Origin: Batkoa obscura | Lineage: Eukaryota | Reading direction: 5' to 3' | Assembly (NCBI GenBank): GCA_030770535.1 | Contig: JASVEC010000021.1 | Location: 558,001-622,000, forward strand | DNA: 64,000 nt | In this document: positions 26,457 through 38,940 of the stretch, in pieces | How the letters are laid out: every line of letters starts with the position of its first letter | Numbering within the stretch: the first letter of the stretch is position 1 | Program-made: the position numbers and the translations under genes | Notes under the pieces: model-generated | The model's input: only the letters and a program-made list of their open reading frames with translations | Databases searched by the model: none | Told to the model about the DNA's origin: nothing

Positions 26457-28265
26457 ATGAGTTTTAATAATGATATTCAAATGAAATCAATGAATATTAA
26501 TCAACAAAGTAAAGAAAGAATAGTTTCGCCTTATAAAAAAGAAAAGATAGAATGTAACAATGGAATCAGAAATATTCACTTTGTTGGTAATTTATTTTAA
26601 ATGTCCTATGTTATATTTAAAACCAATTTCATTCAAATAGATACTTTACTCAATATAAAAACAGAGAAATTATATGGAATATCTAATCAAAGAATAATCA
26701 ATAATCAACAATATTTTAATAACTCAATAGAATATATTAAACTGGAAAAGGGAAGTGAATATTATTCAAATGAAACTGAGATGCAATTATTTTTATATAA
26801 AATGAAAGAAATTGATTTATTAAAACAATGGGTTTATTTGTTTCAATTAGTGAATATTGGAGAATATTTTGATAACTTCAAAGTTGAAATTAAAAAAGGA
26901 GAAAGGAATCTGAAGAGTTTAAATAATATAAAGGTTTTTGTAAGTGATTTTAGTTGTAGGTAATGTGTTGATGAGATATTTACTTATTTTTAGATGCGTA
27001 AAAACTTGTGTTTTTCTCATGTATCTCCTAAGGCTCTGTTTAATTTATCAATTGAACTAAGTTTCTATTTAAAATTAATAATTTATTTAAAGTTATGGAT
27101 TAAAAAGTAGGTTTTATTATAATATATATATAATAGTATATAGTATAATAATTCAATTAATATTAGATATTCTAAAACAAAAGGGGCGTATCAACCAAGT
27201 CAATTATTTTTGAAATTAATTCAAGAATTTAATAGAATATTATATCAAATTCAAAATAAGATTAGTTACTTTGAAATGGAAATATTAAGAAACACAAAGA
27301 ATAGAAATACATTATTAAATTTCATACAGTTTATCAAAATTAATTTAAAACCCCTAAATTATTTATTAGAATTGATTGAATTATTGATGGACTTAGGATT
27401 AAGTAAATATTATTTTAATCTATTTAGTATATTAATAATTTATTTATCTTATTTTTACTTTTATTTTTATTTTAGTTGAATTAATTGAACAATCAGAAAA
27501 TGTGTATATTAATACAATAATAATTGAAATAATATTATATAAAATGGAAGAGAAAGAAAAATTAAATGATATTGAAGGATATTTAATTTATAATAAAATA
27601 TTTCAAAAGAGTATTAAAATAATAATGAAATTAATATATGAATGGATAATAATGGGAAATTTATTAAATGATCCATATAAGGAGTACTTTATATTATTTA
27701 ATACTTATCTTTTAGATATGGATCCATTATTATCTCAAGTTATTATTAAAAAACAATTTAATTTAAATATTATTATAAAAGACAACAAAGATTATAATAA
27801 TATATTAACTTTTATTCAATATAATAAAAATAAGAAATATACAAGCATAAAGTGTAGTATTAATAAGATTAATAATACAATTCAATTAATAATTTTATCT
27901 TATCCTAATTTTTTAAATCACATTATTGATAAATTATTAAATATTGGTAAATTTAATATTCTAATTAAAAAATATAAGGTAATTGTTATATTATATATTT
28001 TATATAAATATTAATCATATTATATATCATATATATTATTTAGGGTGATATTAATAATAGTTTAAATTATGATGATTTTGAACATCAATTTAATCAATTT
28101 ATTATGTCTTTATTACCAAATAATAATAATAATAATAATAGTGAGGATATATTACTTAAAACTAATAGTTCGTTACCTTTGTTTAATAATATTAATAATA
28201 ATCAATTTAATTTAAACTTGAATCAATTATCATTTCAATTAAATTACCAATCAAATCAAATAATA

Positions 28266-28297
<32 letters not shown>

Positions 28298-29630
28298 TGT
28301 AATAAATAATAATAAATATGTAATAAATAATAATAAATATGTAATAAATAATAATAATAATAATAATATAATAATTAAAAACATATCCAAAAAAATTGAA
28401 ATTCAAATTGAACAAATTATATTAAAAGAATATCAACAAACATCAAAAATAATTTATAAATTATTTAATCAAAATTATCAATTAATAGATTATTTTTTAT
28501 CATTTCAGTCCATTTATTTATTTCAATTTAATTCAATTGCTCATTTGTTTGTTTCTTCTTTATTTTTAAAAGTAAGTTTATAATAATAATAATATAATAA
28601 TAATATTAATATTAATATTAAATTATCCTATTTTAGATTCATGATCAAGCTCAATACCCTAATAATTATGAATTAAATGAATTATTAAAAAAAGCAAGTC
28701 ATAATCAAGTAAGTGTAATAATAACAACATCAAATCAATTTTCATCTAAAGAATATACCATTCTACTTGATAATATTGGATTCAACAATGAAAATGTTAA
28801 TATATTATTAAATAATAATAATAATATAACAATATTTAAATATATTAATGAATTAACATATAATTATACAATTATTACTAAATTATTAGATAATATTTAT
28901 TTAGCATATTATCAATCAATCTTTCAATTAATTTGTAAATTAAAATTCACCAAGTTTTTTCTAGAAGTTAAGTTAAAAATTAGTAAGTATTTGAATATTA
29001 TTATATGTTAAGATAATGAGAATACTAATTAACATTTTTATTTTAGATAAAGATAAATTTAATAATTCAATCTTTATAATAGCACGATTTCGATTATTAT
29101 TTATTATTAATACTTTATTATCTTATTTTTTAACTACAGTAATTTTAAAATTAATATTCTAATTCATTGTAATAATTCTAATTTTAATTTTAATAGGTAA
29201 TTCATTCAGAATGTATAATATTTAATAGTAAATTAAATGAGATTGAAGATTTATTTTTATTAAAAAAAGAACATAATAATTTTATTAATAAAATGGCTAA
29301 TTTTTGTTTTGTTAAACCAAACGTAAGTTTAATAATAAAATAATAGTTGTTATTTATTTATTCCTATTTTTTAGGCCAAACCAATTATGAATTGCATAAT
29401 TGAAATCTTAAACTTAAGTTTAAATATTGAACAAAATAATTTGAATTTATTAAAAGAAATTGATAATCACCAACGATTTTTATCTAATACATTAAGTATC
29501 TTAGCAAAATCTAATGTCAATTATTTTATTTGTAAGTTATTAATATATTTTTATTATTTTTATATGATTCTAATACATTGATTTTTTTATTCTATTAGGT
29601 GAATTATTAGCATTTGATTTATATATTTAA
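26457..29630 (+). CDS. Gamma-tubulin complex component (Spc97/Spc98 family, GCP5-like), many exons
   Basis: GRIP-like segments LIYEWIIMGNLLNDPYKEYFI, PNFLNHIIDKLLNIGK, YQSIFQLICKLK and RFRLLFIINTLLSYFLTTVIHSE..KEHNNFINKMANFCF. Exon boundaries approximate. Confidence 0.72.
28262..28370 (+). repeat. (AAT)n tract with a 21-nt unit repeated three times, coding NNNKYVI inside the GCP gene
   Basis: Visible in the sequence and in ORF 28104-28583. Confidence 0.8.
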
Positions 29631-29708
29631 AATTAAAATTAAAATTAAAATTAAGAAGTTTATTTTAATTTATTTTATGTCTAATCTTGATCTATTTTTT
29701 ATTTAAAT

Positions 29709-30346
29709 TTAAACTGTACATACAGTTGATTTAAAAAATTGTTTAGGATTACCATTAGATAATAGAAATTTACGATTTAATTCTTTTAAAGAGAAATCTA
29801 AAAATAAAAATAAAATGATTAATATTAAATACAATAATAAATTAGAATAATAATATATATAAAAAGAACGAAATCTAATAAATTTGACTTACCTTTAAAA
29901 ATTAAATGAGCTTCATTATAATATTTATAAATACTTTCTGCTTCTTTTAGATTGAAATTATTAATATTAAATTGTTGATATTGAATCTTCTTATTCTCTG
30001 ATACCCTTGATAGAAATTCATTATATTTAATCTCTTCTTTATTATTCTTATTATTAAATTCATTACTACTATATTTCAAATCAATAGTAGAATTAGCTCC
30101 AATAATTAATCCTTGATTCTATTTAAAAGAATAAAAAAATATTATTAAATATGAAATATAATGAAACTTACAAATTTCTTTTTACCACTAATAAATTGAT
30201 TCAATTGATTAATAAACGATAATTGAGTGGCTTGAATAGGCTCACTATTTTTATTAAAATAAGCGGTTGTACCATAGAAATTATTAATTTCATCAATTGC
30301 TAATAAAACTGGGAATCTAATAAAAAATATTATTATTATTATTAGA

Positions 30347-30378
<32 letters not shown>

Positions 30379-31689
30379 GATATCATTATTATTAAATATA
30401 AAATTAATTCTTACTCTTTTTGTTTCTCAAGTACATCAAATAATAATTTCATACAATCTGTTGATACAGCTAAATCATTAATACCATTGAGGATTATTTG
30501 ATTTAATTTAGTTCCTTTAGAAAATTTAACTTGATTAAAAGTTACATCATTTTCTAACACAATCTAAATAAAAATAATATTAATTAAATTTATTATTTTA
30601 TGTTATTATTACATAAACTTACTTTATCTAAATTATCTTTATTAAGATATTGAATTTGTTTTAAAAATTCATTAGTAAGTTGAGGTTGTTGATATAAATC
30701 TTTTTCAATATCTGGATTATAACTACTTGTACCATTAACCCAATTAATAGCTATAAAATAAATAATTGAAATTATTATGATTATATTATGATTATATTAA
30801 GTTTACCATTTGGTATATAAATTACAACCCAGTTTTTCTTAATTAAACTATATGATACTAATTGAAGTAAATGACTGCTCTTTCCACTTCCAGACATACC
30901 ATCTATAATAAAAAGATTGTATATTAATATTATATTTATTATATAATTAATATTTACCAAGAATGATAGGTAATTGCTGTTTTTTAGCATCCATTTCATT
31001 AATTAAATTAATCAATTTTAAACTTGAATTTCTTAATAACAAACTGGCTTCCCCAATAAAATTAAACTTTTAAATTATTAATATTGAATAAATATTATCA
31101 TCTTTATACAAATCGTAATAAAACTTACTTCTTTTTCTAAAAATTTGGGTAATAATTTTAATTTATCCGATTTTTTTAATACATTAGGTAAAGAAAATAC
31201 TATATTTTCATTTGTTTCCACCATATTTTCCTATTAATAAAAGAAATTGATTCATTGAAAATTAAATTCCATTTCAAATTGTAGAATAAATGCTTACCAC
31301 ATTCATTTCAGGTACCATTAAACTAGTTGCTTGCATTAAACTCCAATTTTCAGGTTTAACTTGTTCTAAAGAAATGACCTATTTTTACTCAATATTAATT
31401 CTTTTTTTCACAAGTTTTGAACATCATAAATATCTAAGCACTTACTCTTTTACTAGTATTACTAGGTCCTGATTTTTTAGTAAATGCAGTTGTTTTTTTG
31501 ACTGTACCGCCTAATCAAATTGAGTAAAATTTAATATTCTAACCTTGATTTCAAATTCAAGCTGTATAACATACCTGATTTTAAACATAATCCACCAATG
31601 GTATTAAAATACCTTAAACTACTAGTTTGTTGAACTAGTTTCAATCCGACCCAAGGTTTATTTCCTTTAATTAGTGTTGAGGCTATCAT
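29709..31689 (-). CDS. RSM23: Mitochondrial ribosomal protein mS29 (DAP3/Rsm23), multi-exon
   Basis: Basic presequence-like N-terminus, DGMSGSGKS P-loop followed by NWVVIYIPN, PVLLAIDEINNFY, C-terminal LSNGNPKQF. Confidence 0.85.
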
Positions 31690-32120
31690 TTTAAAATAGT
31701 AAAATTCAAAAGTTAAGAAATTCAAAAAATTGAAATTTGATGAATTTCTACATTTTGATCCTATTTTTATAAATCCCAATTTTTTTTAACAATTTCAATT
31801 CTTTTTGTTGAAGAAATTTCTTTTATGTTTAAAATTGAATATATAAGTTAATATAAAATTTGGTAGATTTAATTTATAAATTCAAAATAAAACCTGCCCA
31901 TAACAAACATAATAATATAAAGTCTATGATCCCCACCTTTATGACTGATCTTGATCGCTCCATGGTGTCTTCTTTAACTTACTTTTATGAAGCTTGATCC
32001 CTGTTTGACTTTATCCCACCTTAAGTTTCATTTATATCAATACACTCTTTTTAGACAAATAAAACAATGATAATTTGGTGTTAAAAATAACTCAAGTAAT
32101 AAAAGAAAGCAAAAAATAGT

Positions 32121-33137
32121 TTATTCGTCATCAATTTTAGGAGCTAAAAAGTATTGTAAATGACCCATATCATTAATAGGATATTCAATTAAGATAGGTA
32201 AACCTTCTGAAATATTTAAAGAAACGGTTGGTGATAAAGGAGTAGCTTTAGCAAATGAAAGTAGATATTTGACAGCAAATCTTAGTGTAATTGGGGATGC
32301 ACATCGAATTACAGTTTCTACAGTATCCTATAAAATTAGTTTTTAGTTATTATCATTACTATTATTATTAATATTAATATTATTATTATTATTATTTTAA
32401 AAACAACGATTACTATTACTATTATTATTTTAAAAACTTACATTATCAATACTGCTATTTCCTGGTTTAATACAGGTAGAGCCATTGCCAGTTTCACCAC
32501 TAGCACCAAATTTAATACTTCCTTTCGAAACTTCAATGACAACTAAAAAATTCAACTTTGATTAAACAATCTTATTAAATTTTTTTAACAAAAAAACTTA
32601 CTTGAATCACTTAAAGTACTAAGATCTCTACAAATTTTAAAAAATTCAGCTGAAGACATTGTAATAACGGTATCATATTTAGTTTCTGGGATACCAAAAT
32701 CATCAGCATCAAGATTGATAAGACGAAGATCAAATTCACTAACTCTAGTTTCATCTAATAAAAAATTTTAAAAAATTCAATATCATTGTTTTAAACCAAA
32801 ACTAAAATTTTAACTTACTTTGAGAACTAAAAGTCAATCCTAAAGTTTGAGCTTCATCATCTGCTTTTAAAACAATACTATCATCATTTCCTGAACATTT
32901 TAATATTTTATTCAAAGATAACAAGGATAATCCAAGAGTCAAATGACGATCACATCGGTATGGTTCAAAACCGTCTGCTTTTAATAATAAGGAAATTAAA
33001 GCTACATGACTGGGATCAATAGCTTGTACCTTAATACCATGATCATCACAGTTGAAATTGGCTTCATTAACTAAATCTTTTAATGCTTCAATTACTTTTT
33101 TTAATACACTGCCTTGGGTTAATTTAGCTTCAAGCAT
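32121..33137 (-). CDS. POL30: Proliferating cell nuclear antigen, 4 exons
   Basis: MLEAKLTQGSVLKKVIEALKDLV..QAIDPSHVAL; C-terminus GHLQYFLAPKIDDE-stop. Confidence 0.97.
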
Positions 33138-34064
33138 CTTAATGAATTGAATATTATAATTTGATTAAGGTAATTTTGATCAATATTGATCAAGTTGATT
33201 TTTATTCTTATCCTTCATCACTAGTTTCTAAGACAAATCATTGGCTAGAAACACGCTTTCTCATTAAGGTCGAGTTTAATTCGTTATTATTGAGTTAACA
33301 ATTAATAGTTCCAATTTCTCCCATAATATTTTGATATTTTAGTGTCTATTCTAGGTAAATTAAGACTTAATTCAAAAACGAGGATTTTATAACCAATTAA
33401 AGGAGGTTAAAATTTTTAATTCTTTTAGCGTGTTCCCATTTTTTTAATGTTTGAGAAAAAAATTATCAACATTCAATAGTTTATTTGATGTCAAAGTTAT
33501 ATCAAAATATCATGAAACTTAGTTGTAGAAGTGACTTATTGGTCAATTTATAATTTATATTACATTTATATACTTTATTGTTTTTAAATGTGCTGTTAAC
33601 CCTTTATTAAATTTTAAGAATCGTGTTTTTATAAATTTATAAATATTGATGTTTTTTATTACTTTAGTTTAAACTATTTTTACGATTTGCATTTCTTATA
33701 ACTATTATATATAAAGTAAGTTATTTTTAACTTTATTAAGTATTGGTTTTAAAATTGAATACTATATTTCATTAGTTTTACTTTTTTTCATTATAAGTTT
33801 ACTTTATTCTTTATATAATCGTATATAAGTAATCGAGTTTTTCTAATGCCTTATTATTTAGTTGATTATCAGTTATTGAATTTATAGGTATTTACTATTG
33901 TTAAACAATTTAATAAAATCAAAATGTTAGTTAGTTACCTTATTAAAATTATGATCTATTTAACTTACTAAAATTAGTTTATTTAAAAAACTCAAAATTA
34001 AAATGAAAGTTAAATTTGCTATATTAAAATATTAACTTTACTTAATTTAAAATGAATTTACCAA

Positions 34065-34770
34065 TATTACTTTATACTTTAGTATGAATAGAAATTCGAC
34101 CATGCTCACCTTGAATAACATCAACTTACTTTAATCGAATATCATGTAAATATTTAGTGAATCGAGTTGTTTGTTACAACTTAACATGTATATTCTTAGT
34201 AGAATCAAATAATAAACACTTTGGTAGTGGAGCATAACTGACTTTGTTCAATGATTCTGAAGTAACAATATACTGTGGAAATGCCTTTCTCCATGCATCT
34301 GATTCATTAGTACCGAATGTATGCTAAATAAATTGATGAATATACAAACTATCTTATTTAGCTAATGATTCCAAACCAAGATAAAGATATCACCAATTGA
34401 AACGACGTTTTTGACTTGATTTACAAACTTACTATTATTAGTATATTGGTTAATATCTAATGCCAATAAAGCATTTAAAAGAGCACCTGTTGAGTAATTA
34501 TCAATAGTTATTTTACTATCTTTTAGATTAAGATGATTAAAAGAAGAAGTAATATTAAAGAAAGCCTTTATGATGTCTTTAATATGACTTGAATCCCTAA
34601 CTCCATTTTCTCTACCTCTTTGATTTAAAGGATGGTATATGATAGCAGTTACAGCACCATAATCTTTAACTAAGCTGGCTGCCATAATTTTACTTGGTTC
34701 TATATCTTCAGATACTTAGGCACTACTTGAAATCCATATTAATAAAGGAGAATTTGAAATGTAGTTTGAA
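34065..34770 (-). pseudogene. Degraded alpha/beta-hydrolase, copy B
   Basis: PLLIWISSSA*VSE (Trp position is TAA at 34716-34718), KITIDNYSTGA, GDIF, plus downstream stops/frameshifts; paralogous to copies A and C. Confidence 0.7.
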
Positions 34771-34815
34771 AGAGCAATTGAATCATAAAAATTATTTAGA
34801 TTTAAATTGTTATAT

Positions 34816-34911
34816 GAGGATGTCTTTTTCGACTTCACTTTTTCTGTCTTTTAAGCGCTACTTGAGTGGAAAAATTGTTAGTAAAATTCTTAAATACGAA
34901 AATACATCCCC
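34816..34911 (+). mobile_element. MITE copy, TSD ATAT
   Basis: Full length; ATAT on both flanks. Confidence 0.85.
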
Positions 34912-36339
34912 ATATCTACAAGTCTTCTCGTTTACATTTTCAGGTTTAGGATAATTTTTAACTATTGGTGAATAGCTTTAAATGAAAAAAACTTCTCATT
35001 TCTACAAATATCTATGGAGCTTTTAAACCAATTCAAGAATATTAAATCTTAACTAAGTGAAACTAGCAATAAACTCACAGTAAAAAAATAGATTAAATGA
35101 CGACGCTTAGTAATTTCATTTTTAATACCTAAATTTAGAGATAATGAATAATTGTTTGAATGCGTCTATAATAGTTTAGTTGAGTTTTTATATTCTTCAA
35201 GTAAAAGACTAACTGTCTATATACCTTTGTATAAAGATATAAGCAATACATTATAGTAACTCTTTTAACAAAATCCTTTATACGCATAGTGCTCTAAGTT
35301 ATAGAAAACAAGTAGACATTTTCTTAATACAACTGTAATGGTATAGCTTTATCGTTCCTATAAAATATAGTCTTGGAGTGAACTTTACTTTATAAAAGAT
35401 TAAAATATGAAGGTTCAATTTAAGAACTTTTAGTAAACACATTCATTCGATTGTGTATAGATTGCCAAAAACAACCAAAATAATCAGATGTAATTATAGT
35501 TAAGCTTTATTACCTTGTCCCAAATTTCTTAGTAACAATTTTAACTTATTGAAACAAAAATATGAAAAAAGCAATATAAGAATCCTCTGTATAACAAAAA
35601 ATTACATATGTTTAGGTATTTTGAATTATCAAAAAATAAGGATCAACTCAAAGTAAACTGTAATAAAATAGAATTTTAAAACAAACGTAAACAAATATAA
35701 TATAAAAATTATTTGATAAAATAACATCTCAAATCATGGATCCTAAAAAACAATTAAATAATATTTGGCTTAATTATATCTTTGACGTTGAATTGCATAT
35801 TAAAAAAATCATTCGTTAAACTCAGTTCAACTGTTACTTTTTTAACTATAATATGTATATAAATCTTGATCCTTGGAAAATGTAAAGTAGATAGGATAAA
35901 TAGCTGTAAACTAGTAAGCTATATTAATGATGTTATTTAATATCAAGATAAGCTTTTAATAAATTAAATTTTTTAGCTAATTTGTCCATGATTTGTTAAA
36001 ATTTGGTACTTTAGTATTCATCATCAGTTATGTTATTAATATTAACTATTAACTATTAACTATTTCATTTGATTTATTATTACTACAATATTAAACTGGT
36101 ACTAATAAACTTTAATGCTGTCTTTTTTTATGTTTAATTCCAAATATTTATATTGAGTCTTTTTAGAATAATTAAAACTTTTTTAAATTATTACTCTTAT
36201 ATTTATTAAAACAACTTTCTAAAATATATCCTTAACGAATTACCCCTTCAAATAATAAACAATAAATAGTTTAAATACATTTATATTTTATTCATATTTT
36301 TTAAAATTTCAAAAAGTAAGTCTGTTAAACGTCAGTTAT

Positions 36340-37511
36340 TTACCATCCCCTTTGAGAATATTTTTGGCTAGCTGGGAGATCATCACAGTTAATACCAACC
36401 ATAGCTTCACCTAAATTCTCTGATACTTCAGCAAGTGTTTTAGCATCTTTATAATGGGTAACAGCTTGTACAATAGCTTTAGCACGTTTAGCAGCATCAC
36501 CTGATTTAAAGATACCCTAATAAAAACATTAGCACTAATTTAACATATTTACATAAAAACTTACAGATCCAACGAAAACACCATCACAGCCTAATTGCAT
36601 CATAAGGGCAGCATCAGCTGGGGTGGCAACGCCACCAGCAGCAAAGTTAACAACTGGGAGACGACCTAATTTAGCGGTTTCCTTTAATAATTCAAATGGA
36701 GCACGTAATTCTTTAGCATAAGCATATAATTCTTGTTCGGACATAAGTTGAGCACGACGAATTTGAGTAGAAACAGTACGGGTGTGACGTACAGCTTCAA
36801 TAACATTACCAGTCCCAGCTTCACCCTGAAAAATAAAAGTTGTCAATTTAGATTGATTTTCTTAAATTAAATTATAATTACCTTGGTACGAATCATAGCA
36901 GCGCCTTCATTGATACGACGTAAAGCTTCACCAAGATCTTTGCAACCACAAACGAAAGGTACTTTAAAGTCAGATTTGTTGATGTGATGTTCATCATCAG
37001 CTGGAGTGAGTACTTCGGATTCATCAATGTAATCGATATCAATAGCCTCAAGGATCTTTATATATTGAATAAAAAAATGACTGAAAAATAGTACAAATTA
37101 AATTACCTGAGCTTCAACAAAGTGACCGATACGTACTTTAGCCATAACTGGAATGGTTACAGCTTCTTTAATCTTTTTGATCATATCTGGGTCAGACATA
37201 CGTGCTACACCACCATCTTTGCGGATATCAGCTGGTACTCTTTCTAAAGCCATAACAGCACAGGCCCCAGCTTCTTCAGCAATACGAGCTTGTTCAGCAT
37301 TTACGACATCCATGATGACACCTCCCTAATAATTGAATTAATATATTTATTTACAGTTAACATTAGCTTATTAGCGTGATTATTGTATAAAATTGGAATA
37401 TTCAATAAAAATAGATAGAAAATAATATATTACCTTCAACATTTTAGCCATACCAGCTTTAACTTCGAAAGTGGCAGTGGAAACATTGTTTTGAGCATTA
37501 GTAGCAGTCAT
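36340..37511 (-). CDS. SNZ1: Pyridoxal 5'-phosphate synthase subunit Pdx1, 5 exons
   Basis: [59 protein letters not shown]; ends QRGW-stop. Confidence 0.97.
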
Positions 37512-38209
37512 TGTTTAGTATGTATTTATTTTTAGTTTAAAAAAATAGAGCCGTCTAGCTGTAATATCTTCTTTTTATACCTTCGATTTTTTAGTAAGCT
37601 TCCTTTGGTTAGTTTCGATGTTAGCCAATGATCTCGATTACCTTCTATTTCTTAGTAGTTTGAAGGTCCAATCAATTAACAGCCTTTAAAGGATGAAAAA
37701 TTTCGCTTTTTTATTCTTTGAATTTGATAGATTTTTATTTGAGTTAAGACTTTTCAAACTTATTTAGTCAATCTCTTGAAAATTTAAATTCAATGACTCA
37801 CTTTTTTTCAGATTTGAACCAATCATTAAGTTTGCTTTATTTCTTATACTCGCTTCTATTATTTTGAAGAATTAAATAGTTGGTTTGCAGTAGTCTATTT
37901 GTAATATGATTGAGGTACAAAATAGTTGATTATAATAAATAATAATTAAATAAAAAATAAAATCGAAATTTAAATATCACTAGTAGATAATTTTAAAATA
38001 AATAATATTTCAAATTTTTGCCATTAATATTAAATTGAGACTCCTACTATTTTAGAATAATTAAGGGATAGAGTGATGATTTTTATTAAATTAATTCATC
38101 TAACTTCTAATTTTCAATCTATTTATTTTTTTGCTTATAAATTAATGAACCTTATAGTCCCATCATTCATTCTTTTTATCCGAAAAAAAAAGAAATATAA
38201 TTATCAGTC

Positions 38210-38899
38210 ATGAAGCTTATTATTACTTACTTCCAAATAATAAATTTAATATATTTAATAACTAGCTGTGATTTAACTCACTGGTACTATAATCAAGTAA
38301 AGACATATTAAAAATTTAAGATATGATATATTAATATAATACTCTGTTTTTAGGAAACTACGCTTGCTATAGTTAAGCCTGAGTTTGCCAATGTGAATAA
38401 TATGGGAATTATTTCTAGTTATATAATAAACCAAGGGAGCGAAGAAGGACAAAAATTGGAACTTATTAATTGGAGAAAAGAAAAACTGGATAAAAAGAGG
38501 GTAGAAGAATTTTATGAAGAACACGAGGGTAAAGGATTTTTTGAAGATTTGGTGAAATATATGATTAGGTAAAATAAGACACATTATACTTTAATACTTT
38601 TAGCTTATTAAAAAAAAACAATAGTGATGAAGTTTATCTATTTCAATTAAAAGGATATAAAGCTATCAGTAGGTGGCGTAATTATATTGGTAGTACTGAT
38701 CCAGAAGTTGACAGAAAGAATAATGTAAATAGGTAAAATGACAATATCAATAGTATAAAACTATGTAGACTAACAATCTCAATTTCATTAACCATATATT
38801 AGCTTACGTGCCTTGATAGGTTTAGATAAGACTAAAAACGGGTTTCATGGTTCAGATTCATTGTTATCAAGTGTAAGAGAAATTGATTTGTTTTATTAG
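38210..38899 (+). CDS. Nucleoside diphosphate kinase, 4 exons, ~168 aa (absent from ORF track)
   Basis: Exons 38210-38296, 38354-38568, 38625-38732, 38803-38899 (507 nt). ETTLAIVKPE, FYEEHEGKGFFEDLVKYM, AISRWRNYIGSTDP, SLRA, NGFHGSDS (catalytic His), REIDLF. Confidence 0.88.
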
Positions 38900-38940
38900 T
38901 AATAAAAATGAATAAGGTTTTAAATATTCAAGAAAATCAT

